Source of the DNA: the human T2T-CHM13v2.0 reference genome, Homo sapiens
Length of the DNA stretch: 64,000 bases
Direction: 5' to 3' (one strand)
Assembly: GCF_009914755.1 (NCBI RefSeq)
Contig: NC_060930.1
The position numbers and the translations under genes are program-made. This document shows positions 52,901-64,000 of the stretch, one piece after another (within the stretch, counting starts at the first letter, position 1; each line of letters starts with the position of its first letter). The notes under the pieces were generated by a model that worked only from the letters and a program-made list of their open reading frames with translations, was not told where the DNA came from and ran no database searches.

Positions 52901-55900
52901 TGGAAGTGTATACTAAGAGCGCTTTGAGGCCTATGGTAGAAAAGGAAATATCTTTCCATAAAAGCTAGACAGAAGCAATCTCAGAAACTCCTTTGCGATG
53001 TCTGCATTCAACTCACCGAGTGGAACATTCCTCTTGAGAGAGCAGTTTGGAAACACTCTTTCTGTAGAATCAGCTTGTTTGTATTTGGACCTCCTTGAGG
53101 CCTTCGTTGGAAACGGGTTTTCATCTTATAAACCCAGACAGAAGAATTCTCAGAGTCTTCTTTGTGATGTGTGCTTTCAACTCACCGAGATAAAGATTTC
53201 TCTTGATAGAGCAATTTGGAAACACTCTTTTTGTAGAATTTGCAAGGGTACATTGAGAGCGCTTTCAGGCCTATGGTAGAAAAGGGAATATCTTTCCATA
53301 AAAGGTAGACAGAAGCAATCTCAGAAACTACTTTGTGATGTGTGCATTCAACTCACCGAGTGCAACGTTCCTCTTGACCGAGCAGTTTGGAAACATTGTT
53401 TCTGTAGAATCTGCAAGTGGATATTTGGACCTCTTTGAGGCCTTCGTTGGAAACGGGATTTCTTCCTATAAACCCAGACAGAAGAATTCTCAGAGACTTC
53501 TTTGTGATGTGTGAATTCAACTCACAGTGTGGATCCTTCCTTTTGATAGAGCAGTTTTGAAACCCTGTTTTTGTAGTATTTCCAAGCGGATATTTGGAAC
53601 GCCTTGAAGCGTATGGTAGAAAAGGAAATATCTTCCCATAAAACCTAGACAGAACCAATCTCAGAAACGACTTTGTGATGTCTGCATTCAAGTCACAGAG
53701 TTGAACATTTCTCTTGATAGAGCAGTTTTGAAACCCTCTTTCTGAAGGATCTGCAAGTGGATATTTGGAACTCCTTTGGGTCTTCGTTGGAAACGGGATT
53801 TCTTCGTATAAATCTAGACAGAAGAATTCTCCGAAACTTCTTTGGTTGTGTGCATTCAAGTCACAGAGTGGAACCTTCCTTTGGATAGAGCAGTTTGAAA
53901 CGCCGTGGTTGTAGTATTTCCAAGCGGATATTAGAGCGCCTTGAGGCCTATGGTAGAAAAGGAAATATCTTCCCATAAAACCTAGACGGAAGCAATCTCA
54001 GAAACTACTGTGTGATGGCTGCATTCCACACACACGGTGGAACATTTCTCTTGATAGAGCAGTTTTGAAACACTCTTTCTGTAGAATCTGCAAGTGGATA
54101 ATTGGACCGCCTTGAGGCCTTCGTTGGAAACGGGATTTCTTCATGTTACTCTAGATAGAAGAATTCTCAAACACTGCTATGTGATGTTTGCATTCAAGTC
54201 ACAGAGTGCAACATTCCTCTTGGTAGAGCAGTTGGGAAACACTCCTTTTGTAGAATCTGCAATGGGATATTTGGACTTCTTTGAGGCCTTCGTTGGAAAC
54301 GGGATTTCTTCGTATGAATCTAGACAGAAGAATTCTCAGAAACTTCCTTGTGATGTGTGCATTCAACTCAGCGAGTGGCACCTTCCTTTGGATACAGCAG
54401 TTTTGAAACACTGTTTTTGTAGTATTTCCAAGCGGATATTTAGAGCGCCTTGAAGCCTATGCTAGAAATGGAAATATCTCCCCATAAAACCAAGACAGAA
54501 GCAATCTCAGAAACTAATGTGTGATGGCTGCATTCCACACACACGGTGGACCATTTCTCTTGATAGAGCAGTTTTGAAACACTCTTTCTGTAGAATCTGC
54601 AAGTGGATAATTGGACCTCCTAGAGGCCTTCGTTGGAAACGGGATTTCTTCATCTAAACCTACAGAGAAGAATTCTCAGTAACTTCTTCGGATGTGTGCA
54701 TTCGACGCACAGAATGGAACATTCCCTTTGATAGAGCAGTTTTGAGACACCGTTTTTGTAGAATTCCCAAGTGGATATTTAGAGCACTTTGAAGTCTCTG
54801 CTAGAAAAGGAAACATCTTCATGTAAAAAGTAGATAGAATCGTTCTCAGAAAGTGCTTAGTGACGTGTGCGTTCAACTCACAGAGTTTAACGTTTCTTTT
54901 GATAGAGCGTTTCTGAAACACCCTTCTTGTAGTAGCTGCAAGTGGATATTTGGACCTATTGGAGGCCTTCTTTGGAAATGGGATTTCTTCATGTAACTCT
55001 AGATTGAAGAGTTCTCAGAAACTCCTTTGTGATGTGTGCATTCAATTCAAAGAGTGAAACCTCCCTTTTCACAGAGCAGTTTTGAAACACTGTTTTTGTA
55101 GGATTTCCAAGGGGATATTTATAGCGCATTGAGCCTACGGCGGAAAAAGAAACATCTTCCTATAAAAACTAGACAGAATACTTCTCAGAATCTGCTTTGC
55201 GATGTGTGCGTTCAACTCACAGAGTAAAACTTTTCTTTTGATAGAGCAGTTTTGAAACACTCTTTTTGTAGTATTTGCATGTGTATATTTAGAGCGCATT
55301 GAAGCCCACAGTAGAAAAGGAAATAACTTCACCTAAAACCTAGACAGAAGCAATCTCAGAAACTACTTTGTGATGTGTACATTCAACTCACAGAGTGGAA
55401 CTTTCCTCTTTATAGAGCAGTGTTGAAACACTCTTTTTGTAGAAACTGCAAGTGGATATTTGGACCTCTTTGAGGCCTTCGTTGGAAACGGGATTTCTTC
55501 CTATAACCCTAGACAGAAGAATTTTCAGAAACCTCATTGTGATGTGTGCGTTCATCTCACAGAGTGGAGTCTTCCGTTTGATAGAGAAGTTTTGAAACCC
55601 TGTTCTTGTAGGATTTCCAAGTGGATATTTAGACCACTTTGAAGCCTATGATAGAAAAGGAAACATCTTCATGGAAAACATAGATAGAATCATCCTCAGA
55701 AACAACTTTGTGATGTGTGCGTTGAACTCACCGTCTTTAACCTTTCTTTTGGTAGAGAAGTTTTGAAACACTCTCTTTGTAAAGTCTACAAGTGGATATT
55801 TTGAGCCCTTGGAGGCATTCTTTGGAAAAGGGAATGTCTTCACATAAAAGGCAGACGGAAGTGTTCTCAGAAACTGCTTTGTGATGTCTGTGTTCAACTC

Positions 55901-58900
55901 ACAGAGTTTAACATTTCCTTTGATAGAGCGGTTTAGTAACCCTCTCTTTGTAGAATTTGGAAGTGTATACTAAGAGCGCTTTGAGGCCTATGGTAGAAAA
56001 GGAAATATCTTTCCATAAAAGCTAGACAGAAGCAATCTCAGAAACTCCTCTGTGATGTCTGCATTCAACTCACCGAGTGGAACATTCCTCTTGAGAGAGC
56101 AGTTTGGAAACACTCTTTCTGTAGAATCAGCTTGTTTGTATTTGGACCTCCTTGAGGCCTTCGTTGGAAACGGGTTTTCATCTTATAAACCCAGACAGAA
56201 GAATTCTCAGAGTCTTCTTTGTGATGTGTGCTTTCAACTCACCGAGATAAAGATTTCTCTTGATAGAGCAATTTGGAAACACTCTTTTTGTAGAATTTGC
56301 AAGGGTACATTGAGAGCGCTTTCAGGCCTATGGTAGAAAAGGGAATATCTTTCCATAAAAGGTAGACAGAAGCAATCTCAGAAACTACTTTGTGATGTGT
56401 GCATTCAACTCACCGAGTGCAACGTTCCTCTTGACCGAGCAGTTTGGAAACATTGTTTCTGTAGAATCTGCAAGTGGATATTTGGACCTCTTTGAGGCCT
56501 TCGTTGGAAATGGGATTTCTTCCTATAAACCCAGACAGAAGAATTCTCAGAGACTTCTTTGTGATGTGTGAATTCAACTCACAGTGTGGATCCTTCCTTT
56601 TGATAGAGCAGTTTTGAAACCCTGTTTTTGTAGTATTTCCAAGCGGATATTCGGAACGCCTTGAAGCGTATGGTAGAAAAGGAAATATCTTCCCATAAAA
56701 CCTAGACAGAACCAATCTCAGAAACGACTTTGTGATGTCTGCATTCAAGTCACAGAGTTGAACATTTCTCTTGATAGAGCAGTTTTGAAACCCTCTTTCT
56801 GAAGGATCTGCAAGTGGATATTTGGAACTCCTTTGGGTCTTCGTTGGAAACGGGATTTCTTCGTATAAATCTAGACAGAAGAATTCTCCGAAACTTCTTT
56901 GGTTGTGTGCATTCAAGTCACAGAGTGGAACCTTCCTTTGGATAGAGCAGTTTGAAACGCCGTGGTTGTAGTATTTCCAAGCGGATATTAGAGCGCCTTG
57001 AGGCCTATGGTAGAAAAGGAAATATCTTCCCATAAAACCTAGACGGAAGCAATCTCAGAAACTACTGTGTGATGGCTGCATTCCACACACACGGTGGAAC
57101 ATTTCTCTTGATAGAGCAGTTTTGAAACACTCTTTCTGTAGAATCTGCAAGTGGATAATTGGACCGCCTTGAGGCCTTCGTTGGAAACGGGATTTCTTCA
57201 TGTTACTCTAGATAGAAGAATTCTCAAACACTGCTATGTGATGTTTGCATTCAAGTCACAGAGTGCAACATTCCTCTTGGTAGAGCAGTTGGGAAACACT
57301 CCTTTTGTAGAATCTGCAATGGGATATTTGGACTTCTTTGAGGCCTTCGTTGGAAACGGGATTTCTTCGTATGAATCTAGACAGAAGAATTCTCAGAAAC
57401 TTCCTTGTGATGTGTGCATTCAACTCAGCGAGTGGCACCTTCCTTTGGATACAGCAGTTTTGAAACACTGTTTTTGTAGTATTTCCAAGCGGATATTTAG
57501 AGCGCCTTGAAGCCTATGCTAGAAATGGAAATATCTCCCCATAAAACCAAGACAGAAGCAATCTCAGAAACTAATGTGTGATGGCTGCATTCCACACACA
57601 CGGTGGACCATTTCTCTTGATAGAGCAGTTTTGAAACACTCTTTCTGTAGAATCTGCAAGTGGATAATTGGACCTCCTAGAGGCCTTCGTTGGAAACGGG
57701 ATTTCTTCATCTAAACCTACAGAGAAGAATTCTCAGTAACTTCTTCGGATGTGTGCATTCGACGCACAGAATGGAACATTCCCTTTGATAGAGCAGTTTT
57801 GAGACACCGTTTTTGTAGAATTCCCAAGTGGATATTTAGAGCACTTTGAAGTCTCTGCTAGAAAAGGAAACATCATCATGTAAAAAGTAGATAGAATCGT
57901 TCTCAGAAAGTGCTTAGTGTCGTGTGCGTTCAACTCACAGAGTTTAACGTTTCTTTTGATAGAGCGTTTCTGAAACACCCTTCTTGTAGTAGCTGCAAGT
58001 GGATATTTGGACCTATTGGAGGCCTTCTTTGGAAACGGGATTTCTTCATGTAACTCTAGATTGAAGAATTCTCAGAAACTCCTTTGTGATGTGTGCATTC
58101 AATTCAAAGAGTGAAACCTCTCTTTTCACAGAGCAGTTTTGAAACACTGTTTTTGTAGGATTTCCAAGGGGATATTTATAGCGCATTGAGCCTACGGCGG
58201 AAAAAGAAACATCTTCCTATAAAAACTAGACAGAATACTTCTCAGAATCTGCTTTGCGATGTGTGCGTTCAACTCACAGAGTAAAACTTTTCTTTTGATA
58301 GAGCAGTTTTGAAACACTCTTTTTGTAGTATTTGCATGTGTATATTTAGAGCGCATTGAAGCCCACAGTAGAAAAGGAAATAACTTCACCTAAAACCTAG
58401 ACAGAAGCAATCTCAGAAACTACTTTGTGATGTGTACATTCAACTCACAGAGTGGAACTTTCCTCTTTATAGAGCAGTGTTGAAACACTCTTTTTGTAGA
58501 AACTGCAAGTGGATATTTGGACCTCTTTGAGGCCTTCGTTGGAAACGGGATTTCTTCCTATAACCCTAGACAGAAGAATTTTCAGAAACCTCATTGTGAT
58601 GTGTGCGTTCATCTCACAGAGTGGAGTCTTCCGTTTGATAGAGAAGTTTTGAAACCCTGTTCTTGTAGGATTTCCAAGTGGATATTTAGACCACTTTGAA
58701 GCCTATGATAGAAAAGGAAACATCTTCATGGAAAACATAGATAGAATCATCCTCAGAAACAACTTTGTGATGTGTGCGTTGAACTCACCGTCTTTAACCT
58801 TTCTTTTGGTAGAGAAGTTTTGAAACACTCTCTTTGTAAAGTCTACAAGTGGATATTTTGAGCCCTTGGAGGCATTCTTTGGAAAAGGGAATGTCTTCAC

Positions 58901-61900
58901 ATAAAAGGCAGACGGAAGTGTTCTCAGAAACTGCTTTGTGATGTCTGTGTTCAACTCACAGAGTTTAACATTTCCTTTGATAGAGCGGTTTAGTAACCCT
59001 CTCTTTGTAGAATTTGGAAGTGTATACTAAGAGCGCTTTGAGGCCTATGGTAGAAAAGGAAATATCTTTCCATAAAAGCTAGACAGAAGCAATCTCAGAA
59101 ACTCCTTTGCGATGTCTGCATTCAACTCACCGAGTGGAACATTCCTCTTGAGAGAGCAGTTTGGAAACACTCTTTCTGTAGAATCAGCTTGTTTGTATTT
59201 GGACCTCCTTGAGGCCTTCGTTGGAAACGGGTTTTCATCTTATAAACCCAGACAGAAGAATTCTCAGAGTCTTCTTTGTGATGTGTGCTTTCAACTCACC
59301 GAGATAAAGATTTCTCTTGATAGAGCAATTTGGAAACACTCTTTTTGTAGAATTTGCAAGGGTACATTGAGAGCGCTTTCAGGCCTATGGTAGAAAAGGG
59401 AATATCTTTCCATAAAAGGTAGACAGAAGCAATCTCAGAAACTACTTTGTGATGTGTGCATTCAACTCACCGAGTGCAACGTTCCTCTTGACCGAGCAGT
59501 TTGGAAACATTGTTTCTGTAGAATCTGCAAGTGGATATTTGGACCTCTTTGAGGCCTTCGTTGGAAACGGGATTTCTTCCTATAAACCCAGACAGAAGAA
59601 TTCTCAGAGACTTCTTTGTGATGTGTGAATTCAACTCACAGTGTGGATCCTTCCTTTTGATAGAGCAGTTTTGAAACCCTGTTTTTGTAGTATTTCCAAG
59701 CGGATATTTGGAACGCCTTGAAGCGTATGGTAGAAAAGGAAATATCTTCCCATAAAACCTAGACAGAACCAATCTCAGAAACGACTTTGTGATGTCTGCA
59801 TTCAAGTCACAGAGTTGAACATTTCTCTTGATAGAGCAGTTTTGAAACCCTCTTTCTGAAGGATCTGCAAGTGGATATTTGGAACTCCTTTGGGTCTTCG
59901 TTGGAAACGGGATTTCTTCGTATAAATCTAGACAGAAGAATTCTCCGAAACTTCTTTGGTTGTGTGCATTCAAGTCACAGAGTGGAACCTTCCTTTGGAT
60001 AGAGCAGTTTGAAACGCCGTGGTTGTAGTATTTCCAAGCGGATATTAGAGCGCCTTGAGGCCTATGGTAGAAAAGGAAATATCTTCCCATAAAACCTAGA
60101 CGGAAGCAATCTCAGAAACTACTGTGTGATGGCTGCATTCCACACACACGGTGGAACATTTCTCTTGATAGAGCAGTTTTGAAACACTCTTTCTGTAGAA
60201 TCTGCAAGTGGATAATTGGACCGCCTTGAGGCCTTCGTTGGAAACGGGATTTCTTCATGTTACTCTAGATAGAAGAATTCTCAAACACTGCTATGTGATG
60301 TTTGCATTCAAGTCACAGAGTGCAACATTCCTCTTGGTAGAGCAGTTGGGAAACACTCCTTTTGTAGAATCTGCAATGGGATATTTGGACTTCTTTGAGG
60401 CCTTCGTTGGAAACGGGATTTCTTCGTATGAATCTAGACAGAAGAATTCTCAGAAACTTCCTTGTGATGTGTGCATTCAACTCAGCGAGTGGCACCTTCC
60501 TTTGGATACAGCAGTTTTGAAACACTGTTTTTGTAGTATTTCCAAGCGGATATTTAGAGCGCCTTGAAGCCTATGCTAGAAATGGAAATATCTCCCCATA
60601 AAACCAAGACGGAAGCAATCTCAGAAACTAATGTGTGATGGCTGCATTCCACACACACGGTGGACCATTTCTCTTGATAGAGCAGTTTTGAAACACTCTT
60701 TCTGTAGAATCTGCAAGTGGATAATTGGACCTCCGAGAGGCCTTCGTTGGAAACGGGATTTCTTCATCTAAACCTACAGAGAAGAATTCTCAGTAACTTC
60801 TTCGGATGTGTGCATTCGACGCACAGAATGGAACATTCCCTTTGATAGAGCAGTTTTGAGACACCGTTTTTGTAGAATTCCCAAGTGGATATTTAGAGCA
60901 CTTTGAAGTCTCTGCTAGAAAAGGAAACATCATCATGTAAAAAGTAGATAGAATCGTTCTCAGAAAGTGCTTAGTGTCGTGTGCGTTCAACTCACAGAGT
61001 TTAACGTTTCTTTTGATAGAGCGTTTCTGAAACACCCTTCTTGTAGTAGCTGCAAGTGGATATTTGGACCTATTGGAGGCCTTCTTTGGAAATGGGATTT
61101 CTTCATGTAACTCTAGATTGAAGAATTCTCAGAAACTCCTTTGTGATGTGTGCATTCAATTCAAAGAGTGAAACCTCCCTTTTCACAGAGCAGTTTTGAA
61201 ACACTGTTTTTGTAGGATTTCCAAGGGGATATTTATAGCGCATTGAGCCTACGGCGGAAAAAGAAACATCTTCCTATAAAAACTAGAGAGAATACTTCTC
61301 AGAATCTGCTTTGCGATGTGTGCGTTCAACTCACAGAGTAAAACTTTTCTTTTGATAGAGCAGTTTTGAAACACTCTTTTTGTAGTATTTGCATGTGTAT
61401 ATTTAGAGCGCATTGAAGCCCACAGTAGAAAAGGAAATAACTTCACCTAAAACCTAGACAGAAGCAATCTCAGAAACTACTTTGTGATGTGTACATTCAA
61501 CTCACAGAGTGGAACTTTCCTCTTTATAGAGCAGTGTTGAAACACTCTTTTTGTAGAAACTGCAAGTGGATATTTGGACCTCTTTGAGGCCTTCGTTGGA
61601 AACGGGATTTCTTCCTATAACCCTAGACAGAAGAATTTTCAGAAACCTCATTGTGATGTGTGCGTTCATCTCACAGAGTGGAGTCTTCCGTTTGATAGAG
61701 AAGTTTTGAAACCCTGTTCTTGTAGGATTTCCAAGTGGATATTTAGACCACTTTGAAGCCTATGATAGAAAAGGAAACATCTTCATGGAAAACATAGATA
61801 GAATCATCCTCAGAAACAACTTTGTGATGTGTGCGTTGAACTCACCGTCTTTAACCTTTCTTTTGGTAGAGAAGTTTTGAAACACTCTCTTTGTAAAGTC

Positions 61901-62173
61901 TACAAGTGGATATTTTGAGCCCTTGGAGGCATTCTTTGGAAAAGGGAATGTCTTCACATAAAAGGCAGACGGAAGTGTTCTCAGAAACTGCTTTGTGATG
62001 TCTGTGTTCAACTCACAGAGTTTAACATTTCCTTTGATAGAGCGGTTTAGTAACCCTCTCTTTGTAGAATTTGGAAGTGTATACTAAGAGCGCTTTGAGG
62101 CCTATGGTAGAAAAGGAAATATCTTTCCATAAAAGCTAGACAGAAGCAATCTCAGAAACTCCTTTGCGATGTC
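49946..62173 (+). repeat. Four 18-mer HOR copies (U18-U21; starts 49946, 53003, 56060, 59117); U20 and U21 are SNP mosaics
   Basis: 3,057-bp spacing. The ORFs at 57733 and 60790 show the 15-mer-type residues (AHDTK, FYMMM) inside full-length units. Confidence 0.95.
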
Positions 62174-64000
62174 TGCATTCAACTCACCGAGTGGAACATT
62201 CCTCTTGAGAGAGCAGTTTGGAAACACTCTTTCTGTAGAATCAGCTTGTTTGTATTTGGACCTCCTTGAGGCCTTCGTTGGAAACGGGTTTTCATCTTAT
62301 AAACCCAGACAGAAGAATTCTCAGAGTCTTCTTTGTGATGTGTGCTTTCAACTCACCGAGATAAAGATTTCTCTTGATAGAGCAATTTGGAAACACTCTT
62401 TTTGTAGAATTTGCAAGGGTACATTGAGAGCGCTTTCAGGCCTATGGTAGAAAAGGGAATATCTTTCCATAAAAGGTAGACAGAAGCAATCTCAGAAACT
62501 ACTTTGTGATGTGTGCATTCAACTCACCGAGTGCAACGTTCCTCTTGACCGAGCAGTTTGGAAACATTGTTTCTGTAGAATCTGCAAGTGGATATTTGGA
62601 CCTCTTTGAGGCCTTCGTTGGAAACGGGATTTCTTCCTATAAACCCAGACAGAAGAATTCTCAGAGACTTCTTTGTGATGTGTGAATTCAACTCACAGTG
62701 TGGATCCTTCCTTTTGATAGAGCAGTTTTGAAACCCTGTTTTTGTAGTATTTCCAAGCGGATATTTGGAACGCCTTGAAGCGTATGGTAGAAAAGGAAAT
62801 ATCTTCCCATAAAACCTAGACAGAACCAATCTCAGAAACGACTTTGTGATGTCTGCATTCAAGTCACAGAGTTGAACATTTCTCTTGATAGAGCAGTTTT
62901 GAAACCCTCTTTCTGAAGGATCTGCAAGTGGATATTTGGAACTCCTTTGGGTCTTCGTTGGAAACGGGATTTCTTCGTATAAATCTAGACAGAAGAATTC
63001 TCCGAAACTTCTTTGGTTGTGTGCATTCAAGTCACAGAGTGGAACCTTCCTTTGGATAGAGCAGTTTGAAACGCCGTGGTTGTAGTATTTCCAAGCGGAT
63101 ATTAGAGCGCCTTGAGGCCTATGGTAGAAAAGGAAATATCTTCCCATAAAACCTAGACGGAAGCAATCTCAGAAACTACTGTGTGATGGCTGCATTCCAC
63201 ACACACGGTGGAACATTTCTCTTGATAGAGCAGTTTTGAAACACTCTTTCTGTAGAATCTGCAAGTGGATAATTGGACCGCCTTGAGGCCTTCGTTGGAA
63301 ACGGGATTTCTTCATGTTACTCTAGATAGAAGAATTCTCAAACACTGCTATGTGATGTTTGCATTCAAGTCACAGAGTGCAACATTCCTCTTGGTAGAGC
63401 AGTTGGGAAACACTCCTTTTGTAGAATCTGCAATGGGATATTTGGACTTCTTTGAGGCCTTCGTTGGAAACGGGATTTCTTCGTATGAATCTAGACAGAA
63501 GAATTCTCAGAAACTTCCTTGTGATGTGTGCATTCAACTCAGCGAGTGGCACCTTCCTTTGGATACAGCAGTTTTGAAACACTGTTTTTGTAGTATTTCC
63601 AAGCGGATATTTAGAGCGCCTTGAAGCCTATGCTAGAAATGGAAATATCTCCCCATAAAACCAAGACAGAAGCAATCTCAGAAACTAATGTGTGATGGCT
63701 GCATTCCACACACACGGTGGACCATTTCTCTTGATAGAGCAGTTTTGAAACACTCTTTCTGTAGAATCTGCAAGTGGATAATTGGACCTCCTAGAGGCCT
63801 TCGTTGGAAACGGGATTTCTTCATCTAAACCTACAGAGAAGAATTCTCAGTAACTTCTTCGGATGTGTGCATTCGACGCACAGAATGGAACATTCCCTTT
63901 GATAGAGCAGTTTTGAGACACCGTTTTTGTAGAATTCCCAAGTGGATATTTAGAGCACTTTGAAGTCTCTGCTAGAAAAGGAAACATCTTCATGTAAAAA
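62174..64000 (+). repeat. Partial 18-mer-type HOR copy (U22), cut by the window edge
   Basis: Contains the segment that is deleted in the 15-mers. Sequence is collinear with U1 offsets 1-1827. Confidence 0.95.

Larger units (their letters stand above)
1..64000 (+). repeat. D6Z1: Centromeric alpha-satellite HOR array (18-mer, 3,057 bp); probably human chr6 D6Z1 / S1C6H1L, suprachromosomal family 1
   Basis: ~170-bp monomers with alphoid motifs (ttctcagaaact..tttgtgatgtgtgcattcaactcacagag; gatagagcagttttgaaacactc). CENP-B boxes alternate with A-box monomers. The ORF track repeats at exactly 3,057 bp. One BamHI site (ggatcc, 529-534) was seen per unit. An 18-mer of ~3 kb cut once by BamHI is the known D6Z1 signature. 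Repeat class is certain; the chromosome assignment is about 0.9. Confidence 0.97.

Noticed and set aside
32-63624. All ORFs in the six-frame track (60-207 aa), including the recurring 207-aa minus-strand ORF
   Set aside because: They are chance open frames in satellite DNA. They repeat exactly with the HOR period, show internal ~57-aa monomer periodicity (FQNCSIKR..LCELN.HIT), overlap on both strands and have no recognisable domain or gene structure.
100-64000. Regularly spaced identical motif ggccttcgttggaaacgggatttcttc, superficially like a CRISPR array
   Set aside because: These are CENP-B boxes. The intervening DNA is itself repeated alphoid sequence of 170-850 bp rather than unique spacers, and no cas genes are present.
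1-64000. Possible L1/Alu insertion, inversion or non-alphoid island
   Set aside because: Unit arithmetic (17 x 3,057 + 4 x 2,551 + 1,827 = 64,000) accounts for every base, and all units have the same orientation.
1-64000. A previously undescribed biological system
   Set aside because: Nothing lies outside known alpha-satellite HOR biology. Shorter HOR variants are a known phenomenon, so only the local arrangement and recombination history might be unreported.

Overview
The whole 64 kb window is one uninterrupted, single-orientation primate alpha-satellite array. It is built from ~170-bp monomers of the dimeric A/B (suprachromosomal family 1, J1/J2-like) type, organised into a highly homogeneous 3,057-bp 18-monomer higher-order repeat (HOR) with one BamHI site per unit. 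This matches the established description of the active human chromosome 6 centromeric array D6Z1 (S1C6H1L); the assignment is from recall, not from a search. Counting units from base 1, there are 17 full 18-mers, 4 shortened 15-mers (2,551 bp, same 506-bp deletion) and one partial unit. Each 18-mer has 7 intact and 2 degenerate CENP-B boxes. There are no real genes, transposons or RNA genes, and all listed ORFs are satellite artefacts. I found no novel biological system. The interesting signal is evolutionary: the deletion collapses an older internal 3-monomer duplication next to a CENP-B box, it is linked to a tight SNP patch, the variant units form two consecutive 23,444-bp super-blocks, and mosaic units appear at 56-62 kb. 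All SNP calls were made by eye and may be incomplete.
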